Part shown: positions 42,400 to 56,733 of the stretch, one piece after another | Numbering within the stretch: the first letter of the stretch is position 1 | Layout: each line of letters begins with the position of its first letter | Program-made: the position numbers and the translations under genes | Notes under the pieces: generated by a model | Databases searched by the model: none | Seen by the model: only the letters and a program-made list of their open reading frames with translations | What the model was told of the DNA's origin: nothing | Assembly (NCBI RefSeq): GCF_009914755.1 | Contig: NC_060932.1 | Strand: one strand, 5' to 3' | Source of the DNA: the human T2T-CHM13v2.0 reference genome, Homo sapiens | DNA length: 64,000 nucleotides

Positions 42400-45300
42400 T
42401 TTTAGGTTTGTTGAAGTTTAACTTATAAATTGTAATATTCACCCTTTTAAGATACACATTTCTATAAATTTTAACAAATTCATACAGTCATGTAATTGCT
42501 ATTATTAATAAGCTATCTAATACTTCTATTACCCAAGAAGGTCTCTTCATCCCCCCTTGTATTAAATCTCCCACTCTACTCTCAGCCCCTGGCAAAGACT
42601 GATCTGAGTTTTGTTCCTATAATTTTGCCATTTCCAGAATGTCATACAGATGCAATCATCCAGCATACAGCCCTTTAAGTCTGGCTTCTTTCTTTTTTTT
42701 TTTTATTTTTTTATTTTTAGCATCTTTATTTGAGAAGTCAGTTCTGCAGATGGGTAACAATTCCAAGTGTTGATATATCTGAATCTTTCTATACAGAAAA
42801 TAACAAATAAAACTCAACCAGCCAGTCTCCCCACTTATGCTTCCAACCACATCTGGAGTGTCCACCATCAGTCCCTTGGCTACTTTCAAACCAGAACTTA
42901 AATGCAGACCGTTTTCCTTATGAATCATTCCCCCGACCCAGGTTTTCTTCAGAGTTCTTTTTCCAGGACAGGATTATAGCCCCAGTTGAAGACTAGGTGG
43001 ATATAGGACAAGCACCATCTTAGGCCTGGATCACAGCCAAAGTCCATCATCCATTTTCAGCACCGAAGAGCAAGATCTTCACCAAGTCTCACTTTGGTAG
43101 CCCCCATCCAGGGACAGCACCACTGAAGGTTTGCAAGATAGCTGGGTTCAGTGAAGTATTTGAAAGCAGAATATAGCACCATTGGAAAACAAAGGCCTGC
43201 AGCCACACTTGATCACCTCCGCATTAGACAGATAGGAATTAGGATCAGGAACACAGATCAGTACAGAGGCCAAAACAAAACCTTTGGCTACTATATAAAA
43301 CCAGGAGTGCTCCAAGGCAGATTCAGCCAATAATTAAGAAAAAAATCATCAAAGCCTCAACCTTTGCTTACAATCTTTATTGAAGTTATACAAAAAGAAT
43401 CCTCCAAAAGTGAAAAAATACATTATATACAAAAACACTTTCCCTTGGGAGGAGGGCTGTGCCCTCTCTTTACATGCAGTGCTTTCAGCTGTAGCTCCAG
43501 CCTCCACTGTCCCCTCCACTGCCGCCCGGCTTTCAACCCGATTCTCAGCCTCCTCCTCCATGTTTTCCAAAACTTCATTTCCACTGGGGACAGCATCTCC
43601 ACTGCCTCCGTTCACCTCCAGCTCTTGTTTGACTTTCTTTGCATCATCTTTCCAGGGACTCTGTTCCTCCGGTTTCCTCTTCTTTCTGACAAAGTGAGAA
43701 ATATCAGTCACACAATTTGATGAGGAAGCACCATCTGTTGGCTTTCTACTGGCAATCAGGAGACTGAAGAGCCTCCTCCACTAGGAGTGAAACCTGAAGT
43801 AGAGCTCTCCACCAGAGTAGCTTTCAGAGCCAGTTCAGCTACATTCCCAGTAGTCTGAGACTCCTTTGCATCTTCTGTCTTTTCTGTAATTTCGGGTAGC
43901 AGTTCCTTCAGTTCCTCAATTTCTTTCTTGTATTCAGCAGACGATCCTTCAGCCTCCTTCACCTGCTCGTTTAGTACAGCCATTCTCTTCTCAATGACTT
44001 CAATAGATTTGCTGAACTGTGCCACTGCCTCATCATACTGAAAGTTGTACCCATAAGCCAAGCCCAGCTGGTAGTGGGTCTCTGCAAGGAGATGGTCGTA
44101 GGCTTCCAGGTACTGTTCCTACAGGTTTAGGCAGGACTGGAACTCCTCCACAGCTTGCACATAGTTTTCAGATTCAACACCAACTTCTCCGAGTTTAAGA
44201 TGTGCCTGGGCAACATAAAGCTGGGCTTTTGTTTCTTGCCTTTTAAAAACGATCTTTGCTAAATCCAGTGTATCCCAGGCAAGCTCTAGGTTCCCAATCT
44301 CCTCCTCTTCATTTTCTTGAAGAGACTTGTTTTCAAGGACTGAATCATTTGGCATTTCTTCAGCCTTATCATTTTCTTTATCATCCTCTTCCAAGCCTTC
44401 AGTTTCTTCACCCTCTTTTATCTGTTCGTCCTCTCTCTTTTGTCTCTTCATTAGCAGCTATCTGAACTTTGTCTTCAGGTGATTTCTCAGTAGCTCCCTG
44501 GGCTACCTTGGTATCAACCCCATCTCCAGCTGCCTCAGACTCTTCTACAGACAGCTTAGTCTCCTCCTGACTAGGAACCAGCTTTGCTCTGACCTTCTCC
44601 TCTAGTCCTGAGCCATCTTTTGTTTCTGTCAGTCTTTCTATAGAAGTCTGTGGTTCAGTAGGAGTCTGATCCCCTACAGCTGACGGTCCATTGACCGCAC
44701 CATCCTTAGGGAGAACTGTAGCCTCCTGCCCAGGCTTTTCAGAGACTTCTGATCCAGCCTCTACAGCTGAGGCCTCTGCAGCCTCTGTTGTCACCTCCGG
44801 TGACTCTTCAGCAGGTGGCACTTCTTGACCTACCAGTTACTCAAGAACCACCTTTCCTGCCTTTTCAGAGGTAACTACCTTCTCCTCTGGCTCGTCCCCA
44901 CCCACATCTACTGGCTTGACTGTTGGGTCTAAAGACTCTGCTGCTACCTCCACTGCAGTGCCCTGCTTTTCTAGAATCACCACAGGCTGCTCTTCTGAAA
45001 CTTCTTTTGGCTTCTCCTCTATGCTCACAATTACCTCTCTGTGCTTCTCCCAACCTCCTTTTTCTCTGCACTCTTCTTGGACATCAGTTTCAGAAACTGA
45101 TTTTTCTTCCTCAACATCTGGTACTTCCTGTTCTGGCTTCCCAGAAGTGACCTCAGCTTCATTTGGTCCTTCTGGTGCTCCTCCTCCTTTTGCCCCTTCA
45201 GAGATTTCAGTTAACCAACCTAGAGTCAAGTCAACTTTTTCCTGTGGCTCCTCTGCAGATTCACTTATATCCATATCTTCTCTTCCACCCTTCTCCATTT

Positions 45301-46170
45301 CACAGTCCTGTTCTTTATCAGTTTCAGGCTTTGCGAAAGACTTGTCTTCTGTTTTTTTGGCTTCTTCTTTTTCTCCCATGGAGTCATAAACCTGTTCTCT
45401 CAACTCTTTCCTTGCTTCCTCATCTATGCTATCATTATTTTCTACCAGAGATTCATCTTCTGTTTTTTCTCCTTCTTCCTCTTCCACATGCACACCATCC
45501 AAGGTGTTTCCCAATACACCATTCTCGATTCTCTCCACTTTATCTGCAGATGTAGAAGGAGCAGGAACATCTTCAATTTTGTTGGCAGAAACCAGCTCCG
45601 CAGCGATGGCGGCAGTGGCTGTGGACTCCGTGGCCATCGTTCCCTTGAGGTGGCAAACCAGTGAATGGAATAGAGCCTGTGAGAAAAACAGGCAATATGG
45701 GATGCCAGAGACTCACTCAGGGACAGAAAATGGCAGATTGAGACTGGCTTCTTTCACTTATCACCATGCTTTTGAGATTCATCTATGTTGTTGCGTGTGT
45801 CTGTAATGTGTTTCTTTTTATTGCTGAGTAGTATTCCATTGTGTGGATACTAGAGTTTGTTTAATCATTCACCTGTCGATGGGATATTGGATGGTTTTCA
45901 GTTTTTGGTGACTATGAATACAACTTTTATAACTGTTCACTTACGGATCTTTGTGTGGACATAGATTTTCATTTCTTTTGGGTAAATAATTAGGAATGGG
46001 ATTGCTGGGTTATATGGTAAAGTACATTTAACTTCATAAGAATAGTCTTTCAATGTGACTTTACTATTTTGTGTTCTTATCAGCAATGGATAAGACTTCC
46101 AGTTGCTCCATGTCCTCATCAGTGCTTGGTATTGTCAGGTTTTAAAATTTAAGCCATTCTAATGACAATG
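42400..46170 (-). mobile_element. Old L1 (L1MC/L1MD-type) 3' region split by the NASP retrocopy
   Basis: L1 3'UTR ...gtctggcttctttc stops at 42692 and resumes at 45738 (gactggcttctttcacttatc...ttttgagattcatctatgttg). Confidence 0.8.
42693..45737 (-). pseudogene. NASPP1: NASP (histone chaperone) processed pseudogene (probably NASPP1)
   Basis: Intronless NASP: 5'UTR 45638-45737; ATG 45637; stops at 44837 and 44119; frameshifts near 44440 and 43757; native stop lost at about 43470; AATAAA at 43376-43381 and 42725-42730; poly(A) 42693-42718; TSD ag(t/a)ctggcttctttc. Symbol from recall. Confidence 0.96.
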
Positions 46171-46610
46171 TATCTGGGATTCCCCCCCACCTCCATTATT
46201 CCCTAGGGGATGGTGGGAGTGGGTGGGAAGGATGGTAAAGAGGTAGGTAAATTTAGGAGGAGGCATGTGTGGCTCAGCTTCATTCTCCTACTCTTCTGCC
46301 TGAAGAGAAGGTGCATTATGATGAGAAAATACGTTAGGATGCCACGTGGCCAGCATGGCTGGGTAGCCTGTGTTCCCAGGATGTGCCCCTGCTAGGGCAG
46401 CTGGCAGTTGTCCAGTGTGGCCTATGACTTGGGTAACTTTTATTCTTAGGTGCAATATTAGAAACCTAATTTTTTGCCAAACACCTAAGTCATGTCTCCA
46501 CTATAGCTCCCCTCCCCATCACCTTTAAATCTGACATGTGGACTCTGTGGACTCTGTTTGCCTTCTACACTTATCTCTCAATTGATTCTAAATTTGGGGT
46601 GGGGGAGAGT

Positions 46611-47220
46611 TGTCCCAGTTTTTTCAGGCTGCTATAACAGAGTACTATAGGTTGGGTGGCTTATAAACAATAGAAATTTATTTCACACTATTCTGGAGGC
46701 TGGGACGTCCAAGACCAAGGTGCTGGCAGATTTGGCATCTGGCGATGGCCCACTTCCTGGTTTATAAACAGTATTTCAAACTGTGTTCTCACATGGAAGA
46801 AGGGCCATGGTGGCTCTTTGGAGTCTCTTTTATAAGGGCACTAATCTCATTCATAAGGGCTCCACCTTCACGATCTAATCACCTCCCAAAGGCCCCACCT
46901 CCCAATACCATCATGTTAGAGATTAGGTTTCAACATATGAATTTTTTTTTAAACATTAAAATTATTTATTATCAAGGGATTATTGATAACATTTTGGTAT
47001 ATAGTCTTCTAATCTTTTTTTTTATACTTTAAGTTTTAGGGTACATGTGGACAACATGCAGGTTAATTACATATGTATACATGTGCCATGTTGGTGTGCT
47101 TCACCCATTAACTCGTTATTTAACATTAGGTATATCTCCCAATGCTATCCCTCCCGCCTCCCCCCACCCCACAACAGGCCCCGGTGTGTGATGTTCGAAT
47201 TTGGAGGACACACAAACAAA
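46611..47220 (-). mobile_element. MLT1A0-like LTR interrupted near its end by an L1PA
   Basis: tgtcccagtt...ggctgctataacagagtac...ttcaacatatgaattt [L1] gaatttggaggacacacaaaca. Confidence 0.85.
46942..47196 (-). mobile_element. 5'-truncated primate L1PA 3' end plus 3'-transduced tag
   Basis: L1PA 3'UTR 47024-47196; A9 at 47015-47023; unique 64 bp 46951-47014; second A9 at 46942-46950; TSD gaattt. Confidence 0.88.
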
Positions 47221-47589
47221 CGGAACTCATCTCCCTGGCCCCTAGGATTGGTGTAAGGTAAGTAAGCAACAGGCAAGGCTTCTTCCTTGAAGATAATATC
47301 AGGCTGGATGTGCCAGGAGTTGTCTTTGTCAATAGAGCTTGTCTGAGAATAAAGGCAATGCTAGGAAAGCTGATCTGAGAAATGGAGAGAGGCAGGGGTG
47401 AAGATGGCAAGGGCGGGAGAAAGGATGGCATTGCACCAATTTCCCCAAGTGTGCCTGAAAGATTATATGTTGTTTGTTCCACCCCTCATCTTTTTAGTTA
47501 TGGTGAACCTGTAAATTCTGTCTTATGGTTAAGTCAATTTGCACTGGGCTTCTGCTCCTATAACAGAAGGAGTCAATTTTGCTTAAGTG

Positions 47590-47830
47590 GGTAAGAATGT
47601 GGGCTTGGAGACAGCACCTGAGTTGCCATTTACTAGCTGCCTGGCCTCGGGTAAGTTACTTATCCTCCCTTTGCCTCAGTTGCCTCATCTATAATAGAAG
47701 GATACTAACATAATAGTACTTACCTCAAAGGGGGGCTGTAATGATGAAATGAGTTAACACCTCCTATCCATTTAGAACAGTACTTAGCACAGGGAACATT
47801 TTAAGTAAATGTTGGCTACTATGAATACAA
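47590..47830 (+). mobile_element. MIR
   Basis: ccatttactagctg...ggtaagttacttatcctccctttgcctcagttgcctcatctataa. Confidence 0.8.
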
Positions 47831-48074
47831 CTGTATTTCTAGTTTTCCTCCTGTTTCTCTGGGCATTCTTACTCAGAATCTTTTGAGGCTTCTTATCTAC
47901 TCATGTTGGTGAGTCCTCTAGTTTCTGTCCTAGACCTTCCCCTTGTCACTGCATGCTCTCCCATGGCTTTGGCTACTATCTCTGTGCGAATAATTGCCAA
48001 TAAACTCCAAGACTGACCTCTGTCTTGAGGTCCAGACACAATATCCAGTTGCTTGTTGGCTATCTACAATTAGA

Positions 48075-48578
48075 TGCTGTGTTATTTTAAACCAACACAT
48101 ATCTATTATCTTATGGTGTCCATGGGCCAGAAGTCCAGACATGGCTTGACTGGGTCCTCTGCCTCTTCTCATGAGGCTGCAGTTGAGGTGTCATTTGGGC
48201 TGTGTGCTCATCTGGAGGCTTGACTGGAGAAGAATCTGCTTCCAAGCTCACTCAGGTTGTTGGTAGAATTAATTTCCTTGTGTCTATATGACCAAGGATC
48301 CCAGACTTTTGCTGGCTGTCAGCTAGGGCCATCTTTGGGTTCTGGAGGCTACTCACAGCCCCTTGCCACGTGGCTTTTTCCAATACAGCTTTTGCTTCAT
48401 AAAGCTCTCAGTAGAGCCTCTAGTTTCAGCAGGCTAAGAAAAAGTCTTATAGGAGTTACATTCTATTGATTATAAAGAAATCACAAGTCCTGCCTACACT
48501 CAAGGAAAAGGGATTATCCAAGGGGGTGAACACCAGGAGGATGGACCATGGGGCCACCCTAGAGTCTGAGTGACACAG
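48075..48578 (-). mobile_element. MLT1D/E-like LTR inside L2
   Basis: ggcttgactgggtcctctgc...ggcttgactggagaagaatctgcttccaagctcactcagg...ggggccaccctagagtctg. Confidence 0.75.
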
Positions 48579-48707
48579 ATGTCCATCATCAACACCCCCC
48601 AAGTGGCACTTATCACCTCCTGACCACTCTGCTCTTCTTCCATGGGTCCCTGCAGGAGGGAATGGCATCACCATTCAAACCAAAGGCCAAGAGGTCATCC
48701 CCGATTG

Positions 48708-48985
48708 CTTTTTTTTTGAGACAGAGTCTTACTCTGTCATCCAGGCTGTGATCTCGGCTCACTGCAACCTCTGCCTTCCGGGTGCAAGTGATTCTCCTGC
48801 CTCAGCCTGCTGAGTAGCTGGGATTACAGGCATGTGCCACCTTGCCTCACTAATTTTTGTATTTTTAGTACAGATGGGCTTTCACCATTTTGGCCAGGCT
48901 GGTCTCGAACTACTGACCTTAGGTGATGTACCTGCCTTGGCCTCCTTAAGTGCTGGGATTATAGGTGTGAGCCATCATGCCCAGC
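48708..48985 (-). mobile_element. Alu (AluS) within L2 (L2 continues to about 49680)
   Basis: Reverse Alu with small internal deletion. Confidence 0.93.
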
Positions 48986-50327
48986 TTCCAATTCCTTCTT
49001 CTAGCCAGCCTTTCATACAATCAACCATCAAGCCCTAATGATTTGCCTCCTAAATGCTTCTTGATTCCTTCATTCTCTCCACTGTGGTTACTACAGCAGC
49101 CACCCACTTGCCTTCATTCTTTTCTTCCTACAGCAGCCAGGGACATCTTGCTGAAATACAATTCTGATTACATTGTACCCTTACATTCTACTTAAAGTTC
49201 TGTGATTACTTTCCATTGATCTTGGGATGTGGTTCAAATTCCTTAACGTGGCCCATGAGATCCTTTGTCATGGGGCTTCCCTCTCCTTGCCAAACTCTCT
49301 CACGCTGGCCTTTACATGTTCTGTCCCTTCTGCCTGGAACACTCTTTCCCTCCCTTTGCTTGTTGTTTGCTTCCCTTTCCTTGTGTTTCCCTGAGTTCTG
49401 TGAGCTACCTTCACCCATAGTCAGGCCCCAGCTTCCATGCTGCTTCCTTCAGGAGGCCCTTCCTGACTGCACACCTATATTAGCCACCGCTGGCCCCCAC
49501 ACTCAGCACCCTGGATTTCCATGTTCCCCACACTCAGCACACAGAGTGATCACCTCTTGTTCACTTGTCCTTATTCTCCTCTAAACTGTAAGCTCTGTGA
49601 GGCTGGGGGACATCCCCTGTCTCATACTTTCAACACTGTAAGTCTGCAAATAATTGTCAAGTGTAGAAAATGACAGATGAAGCCTTGGATCTTAGCCCAC
49701 CCTTAAAAATATTTCCACCCTTGGCTTGCAGCAACGTCCAGGGTTCACTCTTGATGGGCTCTGTTCCAGTTGGCAGATCTTTTTAAGTAGAAAGTAATAT
49801 ATTAATAGAGGCACCTTTGTTTTGGGTAATATTTCCTTCCTATTATGGTCAGTCCAGTCTCAAGACCTTTACTTGCTACTGATACACTCCAGCGACATGA
49901 GAGCTGGGACATCATCTATTTCCTCCTTATGCAGTGTTTGTCCTTCTGCTGTGTAATTGGAATTTTGTAAAAATAGCTGACCAACTGCAGTACATATAGT
50001 TCTATAAACTCGCTGGGAACAGTCTCCTCTGTCCACCCTATGGAGGGGCCCACAGCTGCTCCCCGGACATTCCAAGAGATGCTCTCATCCACTGAGAACA
50101 GAGGGAGCATTTGTTCCCTCAGCCCACTTTGGAGGGACAGCTGAGGCTTGGCCTCGTCCAGCCAGGTCGGCCTGCCCAGGGCTTCGGGTCTGGTTTCACG
50201 CAGCAAGCAATTGAGCTTAATTGACAGGTGTGAAGTGTGTCCTCTCTAACCCATCTCGACTTACTTCTGCCTTTAGGGGTGAGGCAAACTCACTTGGGAG
50301 CCCAATTAGCATGTCATGTTGGGGGGT

Positions 50328-50550
50328 GAGTGTGTGTGTGTGTGTGTGTATGTGTGTGTGTCTGTGTGCATGTGTGAAAGAGAGAGAGGGAAAGGGAGAG
50401 AGAGAAAAGAGAAAAAAGGGAGAGAAAAACCTCAGATGCAGAAAAACAGAGAAAGAGAGATGGAGGGAGAGACTCAGAAAGGGAGAGGTAGAGAAACAGA
50501 AGGAAACAAAGAGAGAAGCAGAGAGCTGGGAGCAGAGAGATGGACAGATA
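50328..50550. repeat. (TG)n followed by GA-rich low-complexity tract
   Basis: Direct reading. Confidence 0.92.
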
Positions 50551-51020
50551 AGAGGGCTTTGGAGCTGGTACAGACAGGCACCACTGGTGGCCTTTTAGTT
50601 GGGTTAAGTGCACACAAATGGAAAATGAGATAGTGTAGAATGTCAGTCCCATCTGGAGGACCATGTGTGAAATAATGACAAAATGAGCATCTATATGGTC
50701 CTTAGTGTATTCCTAATGGGCCAGGAGTGAATTCCGAGAGGGAGTTGGGCTGGGGTGGGATTAGACTGGGAGACATGTGTGTCCATGGCAGGAAGCATTA
50801 CCCTCAATCCCAGTCAGTTCTCATGCGCACGTGTGAGGCTGAGTAGGTCATACTGGGGCCAGGATGGCCTCAGATGTGAGAGCCAGTTCTGCATGGAGTG
50901 AAATCATTCTCTCGAATGCTTAGGGGTGATGCTAGCATGCAGAGAGTCTGGATACCCAAACAAAGGCAAAGACAAGGTTTTTTCTGAGTGTTCATTGGCT
51001 TCAGAACTCCCTCTAAATGA

Positions 51021-51370
<350 letters not shown>

Positions 51371-52413
51371 TCTGTGCGCTTTTCAAATATTGTCAGTTAG
51401 TGCTCACAAAACCCTTATGTGGTAGATACTATTATTGCCTCCACAGCGGAAGTTATGGGGTAGAGAAATTAACCAGCTTGCACAATACCCCTCTGCCAGT
51501 AAATGGTAGAGCTGGACTTTGAAGCCAGGAAATCTGGTTCCAGAGTCAGTGCTCTTCCCACTTTGCTATACTATGCACTGAGATTCAGCTCTCAAACTAA
51601 ATCCAGTTCTTTGTTCAGGAGTCTTTCCAGAGAGGAAGAAGAGTAGCATGTAGTAGAAAGAACTGACTTCCTGCCTTGATTCTGCTGTCCCTAGCATTGA
51701 GATTTTGAGATAGGCCTTCTAAGCTTCAGTGGGGTGAAATGACTAGGTGCATAGACTCTGGAGCCAGACCCAGCTAGCCCACCTGCCACCACCCTGGCCC
51801 TTACCAACTGGGTGCTCTTGGTCTTTTACTTAGCCCATTGAGCCACAGATTCTTTCTCTGTAAAAGGAGGACAAAAACAGCTATCCTCATGGAATTGTGA
51901 GGGTTAAACAAGGTTGTGTATTTAATGCAGGTAGTAAGCCCTCCATAAATGTTACCTATTGTTATTATCTATTAAATGGTGGCCCTTCCTATTTGATATA
52001 CTTATGGTAGGAATGATATAAGATGATGAATGTGAAGTGCTTTGTAAACATTTCTGCATTACTCAAATGACAGTATTATTGTTTTTATGCATGTAAGGTA
52101 CATGTATAAGGTGGATGAATTAATAGCTTTAGCAGATAGCAAGTCGTGGAGGCTAGGATGGGCAGGGTGGGGGAGGGGCTGGGAGGAGGAGTAGACAAGT
52201 CACTGTAATACCAGATTGAACATGGAAGGTCCCACCAAAGAATTCTAGCACCATGCTCTGGAGTCCTGTAGAGGAAAGGATCAGAAAAGACTTAATTGAA
52301 AAACTAATATTGGAAAAGGCTGTGAAAATGCATTCATTCAATACATATTGACTGTCTACCCCTTGCCAGACATTGTGTTGGCTGCTGGGAATATAGCCAT
52401 GAATAAGGCATAG

Positions 52414-52851
<438 letters not shown>

Positions 52852-53842
52852 TTATAGAGCACCCAGGAGTCCACTATCGCTGGTCTGAAGTTTGTTGAGT
52901 AATGGAAGGGGAATCCAGAAAAGGTGTTTGAGGTCATACTTGGGCAGTCTTGAAGGACAGTCTGCAATTAACGTGAATGGCAATGGAGAGCCTTTGCAGG
53001 GTGGTAGTATGCCTGCAGCCACACAAAGACCACTCTCAGCTAGGAATTCATAATAGTGCAATGTATTTTTACTATTGTAGAGATCATGTCTTAAATATAC
53101 ACGATAGCCTGTCCCAGAAGAGATCTACTCAAAACTTTTTCAGGGCATGAGAATGTACACTCAGTCTTTGAGAGTGATATTAAGTCAATTGCAATAAACC
53201 AGCAACTTGCACTTGTCATAGATTTAGTACACACACACTCATGCATACACAGTAATAGATCGAATTTTAAAGTCAGTTCTGAGTTTGAGGGTATTTACAT
53301 GTGTCATTTTCTCTTTCAGTTTCAAAATTCAATGTGTCAATATATAAAATTTAAGAATAAATGTATATGGCAGGGTAATTGTTCAAGAATTAAACTATAT
53401 GCCAACAGAACATTGGCAGGCTTTATTTTGTGACATTTAGGGATCTTGTCTTTGCAATTTTTCCTTGTGGAAAAAGAGGTAGATTGGAAATCATTGCAAA
53501 TCAAAGTGATGCTTTCAACCTCTGAAACAAATGCTAGCTTGTCTTTTTCCACTTTTCATACATTTGCATAGATCTGTCAACTGAATCTGAATTTTGTTAA
53601 GGGTAAAGTGTAGTACAAAGTTATGAACACCCGCGTACCACAAAATTGCTTTGCCCCCTCTTCTTCAGTTCACAGCCCCATGTCCTTCCCCTCACCCTCT
53701 CAAGAGCATGTTCCTCTCAGAAGATTTGGAAAGAGCTTAATGAGATGGAGTCAGAGCCTTAATAACAAACTAGTCACTGCCAAACAGAACAGAACTTTTA
53801 AGCAGGAGATGACCTCTCCCTGCCACTGTTCCTTACCTGTGA

Positions 53843-54532
<690 letters not shown>

Positions 54533-54811
54533 TAAAACCCCGGGGCAGGCAGGGTCTTGATTCTGTATATGTTTTGTTGTCTGTTATTTTTATTCCAAAT
54601 TAATAGTGCAGATCAAGCCCACAGTTAAATAACACATCTGCCTGGGGTTTGGGTAGCAATTCACAATATGTTTTTATTCATTATTGCTTTAATTATGGCT
54701 CAGAATTCCTTTGAATCTCTCCCAAGTAACAGGTGGTTTTCTGACCATGATAAATGCTAAATGCTGCTCAGGATAAGGCAGCTAAGGCATTGTTTTCCTA
54801 GCTGTGGTTAC

Positions 54812-55182
54812 ACCTAGGCCCCAGGCAGCTTCTGAATTAGCAGCCTGCAACAGATTGGAATTCCTGGGGGACTTCACTTAACCCTTAGTTCTCCCAAACT
54901 TGTTTTCAATGCACTGTTGCGTGGGGGCTCCTCGTTGCACCCAGCTGTGCGGCAGATGTGCTTTTTGTATTCTGGGAAGTAGCAGGAGGGTTTGGGGTAG
55001 GTCAAAAAGTTAATATGTCAATGTTCTGAAGGGAGATGGGAGTAGAAACTTGGTGATATTAAAGATGATTTGAATTTAGATTCTTAAAAAAAGAATAAAA
55101 GCATTTTTTTATATATCTGCAATAGATAACAATTAAATAAGTCACACATGAATCATCAAAATTAGAGTGAGGGCAATGACCT
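54812..55182 (+). repeat. Donor segment A of a local duplication (copy at 57830-58200)
   Basis: 371 bp, colinear with 57830-58200; about 13 mismatches by eye. Confidence 0.97.
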
Positions 55183-56691
55183 ATTAGATCATCTAGCCAG
55201 TTCCCCAGTGAACACAGAATTATTCCCCACAGTGTTTTCAGGGGTGCTTTGTACAGTGTCTTTTGAAAGACTTGAGCAATTGAGGCCTTCAATTATTTCC
55301 TTAGGGAGACACTTCCCCTTATAAAAGGCCATAGTGTTTTCCTCCTTTGCCTGATAGTCAAGCTAAAAAAATAAATGTCTGTATGGTACATGCAAAATCA
55401 TTTGCACAATGACACTGATCAGAGGTAGAAATTATACCTATAGGTCTCCCAGAAAACAGTGAGCATGCAGTTGGCATTCTTCCCTGCACTCTCATTTCAG
55501 GTTTTTACACTTGAATTTGCATACTTCATGGAGGTGGCAGTACTGAAATATCCCCGGCAAGCCTCCCTGTTTCCAATACCACTATTGCAAACTGGTCAGA
55601 GGTAACATTGCACCTCTTAATTTGAAACTAGGGGGGAAAAGCTGTTTTGAATAAATTCTGTTCAGACTGTCCATGTTGTCAGGGTAGAGAATACTCAGTC
55701 ATCCAGGAAGTAGCAACTGCTTAGAATTCCTCTCTCTTTGGAACAGACTGGTATTGTCTTTCCTGGGTTGTTTGTATTGGAGAGGTCGCCAATTGTACAC
55801 ACACGTGACGGGGGCTGTAGGATAGACAGCCCCCAGTTTTCAGCCTTTGAAACCTGGAGCTGCAGAGCCAGTGCCCGTAGGTGGGGTGCTCACAAGGCTT
55901 CCTGCTGAGTTGCCATGGCTTGTGTCACAGTGCCCTTAAGGGCAGTTTTCAGTTCAAAGAGGTCAGATTTTGCAGAGTTATAGACAATGGAAAGGACAAA
56001 TTGTCTCGATTTCCAGAACTCAAGAACGCTGTGACTTGAACACCCCTATCCTAGTCCCCTCCGCCTTCATTAGAGTCCAATGTGCCGGGCAGTGAGTTTG
56101 GAAATGGCAAACAAGGAATCAAATTTCCCACCTTGGAGGACCTCATGAGGCAGGCAGGGAGGCGTGGAAATAATTTTGAAGCATTGGAGTGAGGGCTATG
56201 AGATAGGTAAGCAGGGTGGCCACACAGTACAGGGAAATGGCACTCAGGAAATCCTGGGTGTTGGAAACTTCCCAGGGAAGCGGAACTGAAAGGACAGAAG
56301 GCAGGAAAAGCAGAGGAATGCAAACAAGAAAGGAAGTGACCAAAGCAAGGCAGAGGCATAGGGAGCAGTTCCAGTGGGCAGGGAAGTGGGAGGGTGTGGG
56401 GAGGTGGGGCTGAGGTAAAGCACCAGGAAGCCTTGCCTGCCATGCCAACTTCAACAGTCTAGAGAGGGGGCTTGCCATCATCAGTTTGGAGGTGAGGACG
56501 CTGTGGTTCAGAGAAGTGAGGTGGCTTCTCCGAGGTCACACAGTCCAGTGAGAGAGCTACGATTTAAACCAGGTCCGTCTTAATCCACTGAATGTGCTAT
56601 ATCAGGAGAGAAAGGTATGCTGGAGTGCAAATTTGGGGTGGGCATATTTGTGGCCTCCTGAAGGGAACAAGTGGCTAGAGGAGCTGCAGAG

Positions 56692-56733
56692 CTCTGCGGG
56701 GCTTGAAAGGTGTCCATAACCTTCCGTTATCCA
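56692..56733 (+). repeat. Donor segment B (copy at 58199-58238)
   Basis: ctctgcggggcttgaaaggtgtccataaccttccgttatcca vs ctctggggcttgaaaggtggccataaccttccattatcca. Confidence 0.92.

Noticed and set aside
43349-45637. NASP as a functional gene
   Set aside because: Two premature stops, two frameshifts, lost stop codon, no introns, poly(A) and TSD.
55183-56691. Skipped interval as an intron, making the 57830-58238 insert a spliced cDNA
   Set aside because: No GT...AG pair on either strand at the junctions and no poly(A).
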